DNA of 64,000 bases from Callorhinchus milii (taxonomy: Eukaryota), in the NCBI RefSeq assembly GCF_018977255.1, contig NW_024704772.1, positions 930,001 to 994,000 on the forward strand, given 5' to 3'. Shown in pieces: positions 25,401 through 47,920 of the stretch. A program made the position numbers and the translations under genes. The first letter of the stretch is position 1; the number at the start of each line of letters is the position of its first letter. Under the pieces are notes generated by a model. The model was not told the DNA's origin and ran no database searches. It saw only the letters and a program-made list of their open reading frames with translations.

Positions 25401-26475
25401 GAGCCTCAGGGAGCGGAGGTAAAGCCGGGAACTGGCCTCACAGGGAATGTGATCGCTCAATCCATGGCTGTGTGTTGTGGGTCACTGCTGTGCGCAATTG
25501 GCTGCCGCAGAACATACAGTCAATCCACTTTGTAGACTCTCCTGTGAAGCGCTTTGAGACGTCGCGGCGACGCGATCCAGCGCTGTATCAAATGCAGGGA
25601 TTATTGTTATTTTGTGCGTCACTATGGCGAGATCCATCACAGTGCACTGTCTGCTCCTTTCCACAGCCTTCTCTGCTGGACCTGACGGACTCCTCGCCGT
25701 CTGCCCTGACACAGAAAGCCGACCCCTGGGGAACGCCCTTCCCATCAGCAGCAGCAGCTCCGGCCGCCAAGCCTGACCCCTGGGCTGCCGTGTCCGGTCC
25801 GGCCCCCACCTCCGACCCTTGGAAGCAAATGGGTAAATCGTCCCGGCGTAGTGCAGGGTGTTGGGTGGTTCCCAGCGACTCAGTCAGTTGACGTGTAGCA
25901 GACGTGGCTTGGGTGGTTAGAGCACTCGCCTCGCAAGCGAGAGGACCTGGGTTCGATTCCCGGACAGACAAGTTTCCTTATTCCACATACTCGCATGCCT
26001 CTGCTTACCTAGTAGTAAGTAAGGAACCGGACAGTTAGTTGATTGGCGAATCACTTTGCGGGGGTAATAAGTCCTCCCCCCCCCCCCAAAAAAAAAAATT
26101 GGTCACTCAATGGCTGCCGTGTTTCACCCACAAAATATAGTCACTCTGAGGCGTTGGCCTACACGAAGGAGTGAGTTATTGTTGTCGTGTTTGTCCCAAG
26201 TCACAAGCCTTGTTCTCCCGCCCTCTCGCAGCAGGCTCCAGGCTGGCCGCCGCCTCTGACCCATGGGGAGCCGAACCCCAACAGAAGACCACCGACCCCT
26301 GGGCCTCGGTGACACCAGCCCCCAGTAGAGATCCCTGGGCCCCGGCCTCTCCCACCTCAGGTACTGTTTCTCGTTGAAGTGGAGTCCTGTAGCTCAGTGG
26401 TTAGAGCACTCGTCTCGCAAGCAAGAGGAACCGGGTTCGATTCCCAAAAAGTTAGACAAGTTCCTTTACTCCATA

Positions 26476-26512
<37 letters not shown>

Positions 26513-28446
26513 CTGTTTACCTCGCGGTGTGCAGGAACCTGGTTGTTGATTGGCAGATCACTTTCCGGGGGTAATAAAAAAAATTCACTCAATCCACGTC
26601 TGTTTGTGGGGGACGCCGCTGTGCGCAACTGTCGGCCGCGTTTCGCCCACAAAACACACAGTCACTCCACTTTACCAGGTATCCCGCGAGGCGCTTTGCG
26701 AGATGTCTCAAAGACGTGATAGGGCGCTTTATCAAATGCAAGGGTTGTTATTGTGCTGTGCTTGAGGGGTGTTGAAGGGAGCTGGGGACCAATCTCTCTC
26801 TCTCTCTCTCCCTTCCTCTTCACAGTGGCCTCTCCTTTCCAATTGTTCAGCGCGACGGACACCACGGTGACAGATGACTTCTCAGCGTTCAGCGCTTTGA
26901 GAGGCTCCCCGAAGAAGCCGGAGGGTCAGGGAGCAGGTGAGTTTTGACTCTTAACAAGTCCTGGTTCGGCCAGAGCTCCGCGCTTGCCGAGGGGAAGTTT
27001 ATCCCTGAAGGTCTCAACAACAACAACAACAATAAATGACATTTCCACGGTGCCTCTCACGTCAGGAGAACGTCCCGAGGCGATGGGACAGTCAGGGATT
27101 TGGATCCAAACTGGGGATTGGGATGAGGAGGTTTTCAGGCAGTGGGGGGGGGTTGGTTAGGAGGGTGATCAGATGGCGCGGTTGACGAAGAGGCAAGGCG
27201 CAGGGCAGGGAAAGCGAGGGCAGGAGGGTGACCGATGGCGTTAGGGTTAGGTAAGAGGCTGATTGTTTACTGTGACTCTGGACTCCGCAGGTGGCAGATT
27301 TGAGGCGTTATCCGATGGGCTGACCACTCCGCCCGGCCGCACTGCCAGCCCCGACATGTTTGACATGTCCCGCATGTCCAGCAGCGTGGAGCCCACCCCT
27401 AAACACCAGCCGGCCTTGGCCGCACACAAAAACCCCGAAGCTTTCCTCGGGCCCAACGCCTCGCTCGTCAACCTGGACACCCTGGTCACCCGCACCCCAC
27501 AGCCCAACCTCAACACTAACCCCTTCCTCGCACAGGGTGAGCGGAACGTTTGGTGTTCGGGGGGGAGATGGGGTGTGGGTTAGCAGCCGGTGGTGGTGGC
27601 GGCGAGGGGGAAACGGGGAGGGGGCAAAGGGGTGCGAGGGTGGGCGGAAGGAGAGAGGGAAGGAGAGGGAGGGAGGGAAGGGGGTGGCGGGAGGGAATGG
27701 GAGAGAGGGTGAGGTTTGGGAAGGAGAGTCGGTTTGCTTTATCGGTTCGTGCCGTTCTCTTGTGATTCCCACGGCCAAAGCCCGAAGACCTGTCCACTTC
27801 CTCCTGCCCGAGGGTTAGCTCGTCTGTATTTGTTACAGCAATAATCTTTATATAGTGCCAAGCTCAGTGGGTTTGCATCTCTCTCACTTTCTCTCTTTTT
27901 TTCCCCCTCTCTCTCTCCCCCCCCCCAACCCCCTTCCTCTTCTATCCCCCTCTCCCTCTCGCCCTCTCTCTCCCCCTCCGCTCCTAACCGTACTCCCTCT
28001 TCCCCCCCCATCCCTCTCGCCCTCTCTCCCCACCATCTCTCTCCCCCTCCTCTCCCTCCCCCTCCTCTCCCTCCCTCGCTCCCTGTTCCCCCCCCCCACC
28101 CCCTCTCTCCCTCTCCCCCCCCTCTCTCTCTCTCTCTCCCGCAGGTGTGTCGGCCGCCACAGCCAACCCGTTCCACAGCTCGCAGCCCGCGGTACCCGCC
28201 TGTGGTGGGCCCGTGTCCCAGACCCCGTTCGGGCCGGTGGCTCCGGTCAGTGCCAGCCCCGCCCCCTTTGCGGGGGTGCCGGGGGGCGGGGGCCCGATGA
28301 TGGTGGGCGGGGCCCAGGTGGTGGGTGGGCCGGTGATGCCAATGCCGCTGAGCTCTGCCATGACAGGCCCCGCCTATGTGGCCATGGTGACCCCACCCCC
28401 TCCCACAGGACCGCCTCCCAGGTCCACCAATCCCTTTTTATTATGA
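19495..28446 (+). CDS. Full-length epsin (EPN2-like sequence, in the ENTHD1 syntenic position), ~586 aa
   Basis: Coding exons: 19495-19852 (ENTH, MTSSSLRRQMKNIVNNYSEAEIKVREATSNDPWGP), 23253-23489, 23901-24013 (UIM EEELQLQLALAMS), 25317-25418 (UIM DDLRLQLAMEES), 25667-25832 (clathrin box LLDLT, 3 DPW), 26235-26360 (3 DPW; NAGNAG alternative start 26232), 26826-26936, 27291-27536 (LVNLD, NPF), 28145-28446 (2 NPF, ends TNPFLL*). Phases are consistent, 1761 nt in total. Confidence 0.93.
19976..20270 (+). mobile_element. SINE family B copy
   Basis: GGAGTCCTGTAGCAGAGTGGTTAGAGCACTCGCC head and (ATT)n tail. Confidence 0.85.
20270..20608 (-). mobile_element. SINE family A copy, tail-to-tail with a family B copy
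   Basis: Antisense head and body. Confidence 0.7.
21345..21711 (-). mobile_element. SINE family B, full-length copy
   Basis: Reverse complement of the head, core and tail, about 365 bp. Confidence 0.88.
24150..24530 (-). mobile_element. SINE family B, full-length copy
   Basis: Reverse complement of the head, core and tail. Confidence 0.85.
26380..26752 (+). mobile_element. SINE family B copy with internal (CA)n
   Basis: GGAGTCCTGTAGCTCAGTGGTTAGAGC head and the shared tail. Confidence 0.85.
27880..28140. repeat. CT-rich polypyrimidine low-complexity tract
   Basis: About 260 nt of almost pure C/T directly upstream of the last epsin exon. Confidence 0.9.
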
Positions 28447-29057
28447 TGCCCAAACCCGGGGCCGATTCAACTCACGTCCAAACCTAAACTCAGCGACGAT
28501 GGAGTCTTCTGTTTTGCCGTCCGGGATTTAGCCCAAACCCCCCGCCCCCCACCACGAGCCTCACCCACAGCTCTCCCCTCGTGACGGCGCAGCTTGGTGT
28601 TGGTGGGGGCTGGGGGTGGGAGGTAGACGGGGAGGGGAAGGGGTGGGGGCAGAGAGAGAGAGAGAGAATAGAAAGGGCAAGGCAACAGCAAACAAGGCAC
28701 AGATCTGTTTGTTCCCGTGAAGGTTTGGGGTTGGGGGTGTGTAAGGATCTCTGAAAGCGACTGTGGTTGTGATGTGGCCTCATTGTGGTATAAAATGTCC
28801 CTGTTTCTTGTGCATCCTTCTCTTCCTCTTCGCTTTCTGCCCCCCCCCCCGAAACTCCCCCGAAACTCCCCCACCCCTCCCCACCCGCCCTCCCCACGCT
28901 CCCAGCACCACGTAGGTTTGTTTTTGTTGAGCAGCCCTCTCCGACTATCACGTTAGAGGATTCCCCCCCATGTCATCGCTGCCCTGAGCCGCTTTTTAGC
29001 CCAGTTCTGAACCACCTAGAGTTGTAGAGGTGAGGAAAACGGGAGAGCAAATCATAC

Positions 29058-29347
29058 CGGAGTTCCCGTAGTGTAGTGGTTAGCGCACACACCTCACGAG
29101 TGAGAGGACCTGGTTGTGAGTCGATTGGCGGATCTCTCTTGTGGGGGTAATAATCTCTTCCAACAAAATAATATTAGTTTGGTCATTCATGCCACGACTG
29201 TTGTGGGGACACTGCTGTGCGCACTTGGCTGCTGAGCTTCACCCACGTAACACACAGTCACTCCACTTTACAGTGTATCCTGTGAAGCGCTTTGAGACGT
29301 CTCAACGACGTGATAAGGCGCTGCATCAAATGCGAGGATTATTATTG
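29058..29347 (+). mobile_element. SINE family B copy downstream of the epsin stop
   Basis: Head, core and tail are recognisable. Confidence 0.8.
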
Positions 29348-31339
29348 GTCCAGGCATTACATCTCATCCTGAATCCACTCCCAGTTCTTTGTGTACGTGT
29401 GGCTTGACATCACCGTGCTTTCTACCAAGCTGTGAAATCTCATAATATATATATATATTGTGTTTAGGAACAAAAAGGTATGTCTCTCACTATCCCGAAA
29501 GAATTTAAGGTACTCGTGATAAAGGGAACGCCGTGGGCTGCCGAGCAATCAGTGTAGTACACACTACCCTATCTCAGCAACGTGTGTGCGCAGTTGGCTG
29601 CCGCGTTTCGCCCGCAAAACATACAGTCAATTCACTTTACAGTATATCCTGTGAAGCGCTTTTGAGACGTCTCGAAGACGTGATCAGGCGCTGTATCAAA
29701 TGCGAGGATTATTGTTGTTATTAACTTACTGTGGACTCGTCTTTCAGTCTCTGATTTCAGTATTAAAATAGAGTGTTTTTTTAAAAAAAAATATATATAT
29801 AGTTCGGGTAAACCACGCAAAGTGTTGTAAGCTGTATTTATGTTTTTACCAGACACTACTACACATGAGTTTACAAGTTTTTTTTAGTGTTAATGTTTAC
29901 TGGCTGAATTGCTTGGAATCTGCCACTCTACTCCACCATTATCCCCAGAGGGGCTTTTTTTTAATCAACCCCCTTCCCCCCCCCCCCCCCCCCCCCCGCG
30001 TGTGTGTGAGTGAGTTTGTGCGCGTGTGCATCTTTGTGTGTTAAGTGTAAGTGAGTGTTAAGCCCTCTGGGATGCCAGCGTGCGCGAGGGGTGCTGTGTA
30101 AATGCAAGTCGTCGTCGTGTGTGTGTGGGGTGTGTGTGTGTGTGTGTGTCTGTTTTTGAGTGTGTTTGTGTCTGTGAGTGTGGGTATGTGTCTGCTTTTG
30201 AGTGCGTCCGTGTGAGTGCGCGTGTGCACGTGTTAACCTTAGCGTTCTTTTTTTACACCCACTGGTCCCATCGTGCTCACTGCTGTTTGTCGGGGTCCGA
30301 TCTCGTTCGTGTGTGTGTGAGAGACAGACAACAAGTGAGTTGAACCTCAGGCCCTAAAATTCCACCTGATCTCTGGCGGGCAGCGAGACACGTTCTGTAT
30401 TAGAATTTTTGTGGCGAGACCCCTCCCCACCCCCCACCCCACCCCCCACCCAACATCCGATTAAATGGGATCAACGCAGCAATTTCTAATTGTTGAAGGA
30501 TGCGCGGGGTGGGGGGGGTGGGGGGGGTGGGGAGCGTTTAGGAATGAGAGAAAGGGAACCGAATTAACCTGCAGATCCCCGCTTGACCTGGCGTGGTGTT
30601 TTCAATGCGATTCACGTAGACTAAACGGAAGAAACTTAAGGCCGGCCGGGCGCAGTTGGCTTGCCGCGTTCCGCCCACAAGGAGCACAGTCACCACACTT
30701 CACGGCACGTCCTGCGAAGCGCTTTTGAGACAAGCGCTCGAACCCGTGACGAGGCGCTATTTCGAATGCGAGGCTTGTTAATAGATTAATAATGTTAAAT
30801 CTCCTCTGCCCACTTGGGATCCGTTGCCATTTTAGTCTGTAACCGGGGCTTGCGGGAGCCGCTGTGTGTTATGTTGCAGTGTTGTTGTGCTTGTGCTCTC
30901 TTCACGTTCATACTGTACTGCGCATGAAAGGATCTCAGATCAGAACCGCGCGATTTCTATCAAAGGAAATCCTCCCCGTTTACAGACTTTATCTCTAGTT
31001 TTCTTTCTCTCGTCATCTCGCAGAGCCTGGTATAATTTTTTTTTTTCCCCCTCTTCTTCTCTCGCTCACGCCCACGTGTTTGCATTTGCAGCGACTCTTG
31101 TGTCTGTGAGTTGAGGCGATCGCTTTGAAAATGTGGTCTGTGCGTGTGTGCTTGTGCGCGCGTTTGCTCCTTTCCAATTCAGTATTATGGTTTGTTGCAA
31201 ATCTTAACAGTGCGCAGAGGGGACCTCGTGACCCGACACGTATTCTTTCAGGAGAGAAGAGAAAAGGGCATTGCGCATTTTGATGGGAGATTTAAGGTGT
31301 TTCTTCAGAGACTCAGTGAATTAGGAGGGTCAGGTCATT

Positions 31340-31690
31340 TGGAGTCTTGCAGCTTAGAGGTTAGAGCACTCGCCTCACAAGCGAGAAGACCTGGGTTCGT
31401 TAAGTTTCCTTATTCCACACACACACACACACACACCTGTGTTTACCTTGCGATGAGTAGGAACCCGGTTGATTGGCAGATCGACTTTCCTGGGGTAATA
31501 ATCCCTTCCAAAAACAAAATAATGATTTGATCACTCAATCCATGACTGTTTGTGGGACTCTCCTGTGCTGCTGGGTTTCTCCCACAAAAAGTACAGTCAA
31601 TTAACTTCACATATTCTGTGAAGTGTTTTCAAACGTCTCGAAGACGTGATAAGGTGTTATATCAAATGCAAGATTATTATCATTATTATT
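31340..31690 (+). mobile_element. SINE family B copy
   Basis: Head, core and tail are recognisable. Confidence 0.8.
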
Positions 31691-32751
31691 TCCCGCTGCC
31701 AACAGTTGTAAGAAGCTTTGGGTTTGGGTGGAACACAGGCTGACACGTTACTGTAACAGCAGCACAGACACCAGTGAGTGACCGGGCAGCTGAGCTCCAT
31801 CCTGCGAGCTGGAGGTTTACGCAAACAATAAGGGAAAGAAAAGCACTTTGCGAATGGGACAAACCGCGGCCAAACGCAGACCCCGACCCCCAATTTTTTT
31901 AAAAAAATATAAAAAAAACTAAACCCTTAGTGCAGATTCAGTTAGCCGTCTGAAGGATTGATTTCAGTAGTGCATCATATGCATTTATTAATTTATTATT
32001 CCTAAGAATTAAATGTCTTGTATAAAGCTATTTATCCTGCTGTAGTGAGTCTCGGAGCTGGTGGAAGAGGAGGGTGGGGATTGGGGTGGTGGGAGAAAGG
32101 AATGGGGAGGTGAGAAGCAGAAGGTGAGGTGGATTCTCGGGTCTGGTTGTTTCAGGTTTTCGCTCTCTCCGCATCCATCTGTCCCCGTGTGTCCCGTCCT
32201 CCTCGCTCCCCTGCTATTTACTTGGACGATACTGTATGTATTTTGGGAAGAAATGTTTGCCAATATCGTTAGTGATGCTGTACATTGTACTTAAATGTTT
32301 TCGTACCGCCGTCAAACCCTGAACACGAATCGCAAACGAGAACTGTGGCGAACCTTTGGTTGGGTGTCTGGAGTCCAGTTTGCTGGAGAGAGTGGAAGGC
32401 AGTGGGCAGCAGTATTCATCTCACAGTATTAGCGTCAAAGATAGTATTAGCCTCACAGGTCAAAAGAACTTGCTTTTAATAGTTCTGTCACTTCAGGAAT
32501 CCCAAAGCTGTTTGGGCTCTTCCATTCCCTCGACAAACACTCGTCTTCCCTCCGCCCTCTCCTCCCGCCACACAAACCCGTTCGCCAACGTCAGGTCAGG
32601 CACTCCGGCAGCTATCGGATGAGACGGTCACTGGCCAGAGTTTTATAACACGTAGAAATATGATGACGGGGGTATGGGGCAGCAGCCAGACAGACACCTG
32701 TGCTCGCATCAAGAGCAAGACACTGGACTCTGAATTACTTGGCAATGTGAT

Positions 32752-33050
32752 TAGTCCTGTAGCATAATGGTTAGAGCACTTGCCTCACAAGCGAGAGGAT
32801 CCGGGTTCGATTCCTAGACAGGGAGAAACGTTGGGCAAGTTTTCTTACTCCACACACACACGCGCGCGACTCTGTTTTCCAGCAGTAAGTAGGAACCCGG
32901 TTGTTAGTCGATTGGTGGATCGCTTTTCCAGCGGTGATAAACCCTTCAAAGAAATAGTCAATTCACTTTACAGTATATGCTGCAAAGCGCTTTGAGGTGT
33001 CGGGAAGACATAATAAGGTGCCATATCAAATGCAGGGATTATTATTATTT
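32752..33050 (+). mobile_element. SINE family B copy
   Basis: Head and tail are recognisable; the core is partly deleted. Confidence 0.8.
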
Positions 33051-34405
33051 GAAGTGCTGCCGGTGTCTGGGCTCAGCCACGTTCCTGAAGGAACACAAGG
33101 CTTTCAGAGGTAACAGAGTCAGGTAGTTCCCGGCAAAGAAGGGGAATTTAAAACAGGGCAAACCGGGCTGGTCAGCTGTTTAGAAAATAATTAAATAGAT
33201 GACTACACTTCTGGGAACACTGCAGCTAAACCTTCGTTACAGCTCTCACTAACATTTGCTGTAGATATCAAACCTGTTTTGTTCTTTTTAAAAAAAAAAC
33301 ACAAGTTTAAAACCACTTTGGCTGCATTAACTGTACCCACAGAAAATTAAAGTATTGTGAATCTGTCACAAGCTTCGAGTGTGTGTTCTCTTCACACCAG
33401 CAGTAACGGACAGCCCTGCGACCACCATGTATGGGTTGTAGTTTTTTTTTGGGGGGTTGGGGGGGGGGGGAAATTGGGGGCGACAGAGAGAATCTCGGAG
33501 TGAAATGTCTTTCTTCCCTTCACCCACCGATGACAGGATGGATTCAGTGAGAAACAATTTTCACTCTTCTCAACCCACCTCCGTTGGGTGTTGTGGCTCC
33601 TTTTTGCTTTGGAAGTGAAGTTTGAATTGCATAAACATTCTCCGCACGGACTCATTTCCTGCCCTCCCCCCAAAGAATGGAATTCTAAAAGCCAAACAGC
33701 GCTCTGTGACACCGAGCTCTGCGATATTCGCTGGTTAGACTCCAGCAATTACCCCAACGCACACTCTGGGGTTCACCCCCCCCCCCCCCCAGCCTCGGCT
33801 CTCGTCAACCTGCACCTAATACTCGGGAATTAGGTAAGGATGAATGCATTTCTCCGAGGAGAGGAGAGAGAGAGAGAGAGAGCGTATTCCATTCCAACAA
33901 TCTCGTCCCCGGGGTTTGCACGTGTGGGTGGGATCCATGGAATTCTCAGCTTGGTTTGGAGGCTCTTAAGCAACGGCGATGTGGGTTTCCGCGCGTGTGT
34001 CAGACACCCGGTCGACCCCACCCAAAAAAAACTTGTCGCGTTTCAACTTATTAAATTACTTGTGGGTTAAAAAGCAAGAAACTTAAAAAAAAAAACATTG
34101 AAATAACTTGCATTTATCAGTGCCAATTAAAAATCAGGATCACATTGTTACAGTCTTTTTATATATATATTTTTAAAAAAAAACACAGATGCACAAAATG
34201 CAAACAGGCACCTTTAACAGTCACAAAATGTATTATCGGGTGATAAAGTTTTAAAACGTATTTCCTCCCCCCCCCCCCCCCCACTTCAAAAAAAAAAGTT
34301 CTTCTTTGATAAAAATAATGTCCACATGACTTCCTGATCTTGGACACTTCCATCATTGTTTCCTGTGATGTGGTTCGCTTCGCTGCGGGCACTCAACCGT
34401 GTATC

Positions 34406-45413
<11,008 letters not shown>

Positions 45414-45419
45414 CCCTCC

Positions 45420-47230
45420 CGACCTCCAACCCCTTCCCCCCCCGAACCCAACCCCACCCCTTGTGTTTTCTTTTGTGTGTGTGTGTGTGTGTGTGTGTGA
45501 GGGGGGGGTCCGGGATGGGGAGAGGGGGGAGAGCGGCGGGAAAGGTCCTGGTGTTTCCCGCCCCCCCGATTAAAAGATAAATAATATAATATAATAACTT
45601 AAATCACCGCAGTCTCGGGCGGATTAACCGTTAGAGAGAGAGAGAGAGGGGGAGAGGAGGCGCCGCCGCCGATGTTTACGTCGCCGACCCGAGCCCTATT
45701 GAGGGTGACACCGGCCGCCACGGACCCACTTCCGGTCCCGTTAAAACCGCCGTCAAACCCCCACTCCCCCCTTCGCCGCGCGAGTCCACCCGGTCTTTCT
45801 CTCGGCCGATCGACGTCAACCACCCGCCGCGTCGAACCGAGCCCTCAGAAACCGTTTTGGTTTTTTTTTCCTGTCGGTTTTGGCGGCGGCGGCTTTTTTT
45901 TTATATCCCCCCTCCCCGCCACTCGCCGCCCGCCCTCCGGCCCGGCCGTTTCGTGGTCAACCCAACGTGCTGCGCTGGGCGTGGTCGGCGAGCTTCGGCC
46001 AATCGGGGGTTCGCCTTGCCCTCGATTGACACCTCGTCCGCCAATCGAGGCGCGGCAGGGGCGGAGGGAGGGGCGGGAGCTGCTGCGCGCGGAGGGAGGC
46101 GGGGCCGGGGGGCGAGGCATCAAGTTTGGTTGAGAAGGCGCGGCCTGTGATCGGCGTGCGCTTCGGCCAATCCGCGCGTCACTCGTCGGGGATGGACCAA
46201 TCGGCGCGGGCTGGAGGCGGGAGCTGCGCCCCCACCCGGAGCTGTCAATCAATCCCCAGTTGACTCCTGATGCAACTCCGGGTGTTTGTGGTGCAAAACC
46301 TTTACACTTCATTCAATACACCACCGATGACCTTTTGCACAAGACTATCCTCTTTCATCAATGCAATTGAGGGTGTCTTTATTTCGTTCCCTGTTGCTGA
46401 TGAAACTTTCATGCAATTTATGTCTTCTGCTGCAACTCCTTTGCAATTCATTTCAGTGCGGTCACTCGATCCACGACTGTTTGCGGGACGTAGCTGTGCG
46501 CACTTGGCTGACACGTTTCGCCCCCAAAATATACAGTCACTGCACTTGATGGTATATTCCGTGAAGCGCTTTAGAGACGTCTCGAAGACGCATCTCAAAT
46601 CCCTCCTCTTCGGCCATGCCTTCGGCCACCCTCCCTGCCCTCCACTCTCCCCGATCCCGACTCCCAGCACGAGTCCAAATCCCTGACTGTCCAGCGCCTT
46701 GGGACATCCTCCCGACGGGAAAGGCGCCGTGTAAATGTCATTTTGTAATGTATTGGGGTGTCTCTGAAGCGCTTCACAGAATATACCGTAAAGTGGAATG
46801 ACTCTATATTTTGTGGGCGAGGTTGTAAACGGGGAAGGGGTGATTTGGTGCCTGTGGTGGGGGGGTGGGGTGGGAGGGGTGGGGGTGGAGAGAGGAGAAC
46901 GGTGTAGTGACTGTACATGGAGGGCTGATGATGTCAACGTGGGATATTGGTAGGGTTGGAGGGGTGACGTCAGGCAGGATGACGTGAGCGCAGCGCAGGA
47001 GGGGGGGCGGGAGGCCGGTGACGTCGGGTGGTGGCGTGACGTACAGCGCAGGTGGGTGGCGTAAAGCGCGGGTGGGTGACGTAGAGCACGGGTGGGTGAC
47101 GTAGAGCACGGGTGGCCGCGGGCAGCGCTGGGCTTCTCCTCGGTCTCGCTCTTCGCTGTGTGTGTGAGGCGGCCTTTCCAGAAGCTTCGACCGCGGGCTT
47201 CCCCTCCTCTGTTCAGTCGCAAGTTGTAGG
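45420..47230. promoter_or_regulatory. Divergent GTPBP1/JOSD1 CpG-island promoter region
   Basis: ETS CACTTCCGG near 45727. CCAAT at 45999, 46041, 46167 and 46197. CTGTCAATCA at 46242. Six TGACGT sites at 46965-47102. A repeat cluster at about 46440-46820 splits the region. Confidence 0.75.
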
Positions 47231-47349
47231 TGTGGGGAGGGAGTCAGGGAGGGGGGTAAGAGGCCGTTGGGGAGGGGGAGAGAAGGGGGAAGGTAGTGAG
47301 TGGAGCAGAGCGGCCCTGGGGCGTGGGCCTAGCCTGAGGCTGTGTGTGT

Positions 47350-47920
47350 GAGAGAGGGAGTGAAGGAGAGATAGAGGGAGGGAAGGAGAGAGGGTGAAGG
47401 AGAAAGAGAAGGAACCAGAGAGAAAGGGAAGAGAAGGGAGAGGGAGGGAAGGAGAGAGAGAGGGGGGAGGAGAGAGGGAAGGGGGGGGTGAAGGAGAAAG
47501 AGAAGGAACGAGAGAGAGAGAGTAAGGGAAGAGAAGGGAGAGGGGGGGAAGGAGAGAGGGGGGAAGGAAAGAGAGAGTGGGGGGGGGAGAGAGAGGGGGA
47601 GGGAAGGAGAGAGAGGGGGGAGGCAAGGAGAGAAAGAGGGAGGGAAGGAGAGAGAGGGGGGAGGCAAGGAGAGAGAGGGGGGGAGGGAAGGAGAGAAAGA
47701 GGGAGGGAAGGAGAGAGAGGGGAGGAGGGAAGGAGAGAAGGGGAGGGAAGGAGGAGAGAGGGGAGGAGGGAAGTAGAGAGGGGAGGGGAAGGAGAGAGAG
47801 GGGGGGAGGGAAGGAGAGAAAGAGAGAGGGGAAGGAGAGAAAGAGAGAGGGGAAGGAGAGAGAGAGAGGAAGGAGGGAAGAAGAGAGAGAGAGGGAGGGA
47901 AGGAGAGAGAGGGGGAGGGA
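47350..47920. repeat. GA-rich polypurine low-complexity tract
   Basis: About 570 nt of almost pure G/A with recurring GAAGGAGAGA units. Confidence 0.9.

Noticed and set aside
26380-26450. tRNA-like sequences with A and B boxes (many copies)
   Set aside because: They are SINE heads: each continues into the SINE body and lacks an intact acceptor stem.
46302-47222. 306-aa minus-strand ORF in the promoter region
   Set aside because: It runs through GC-rich promoter and SINE/L2 sequence with no recognisable domain.
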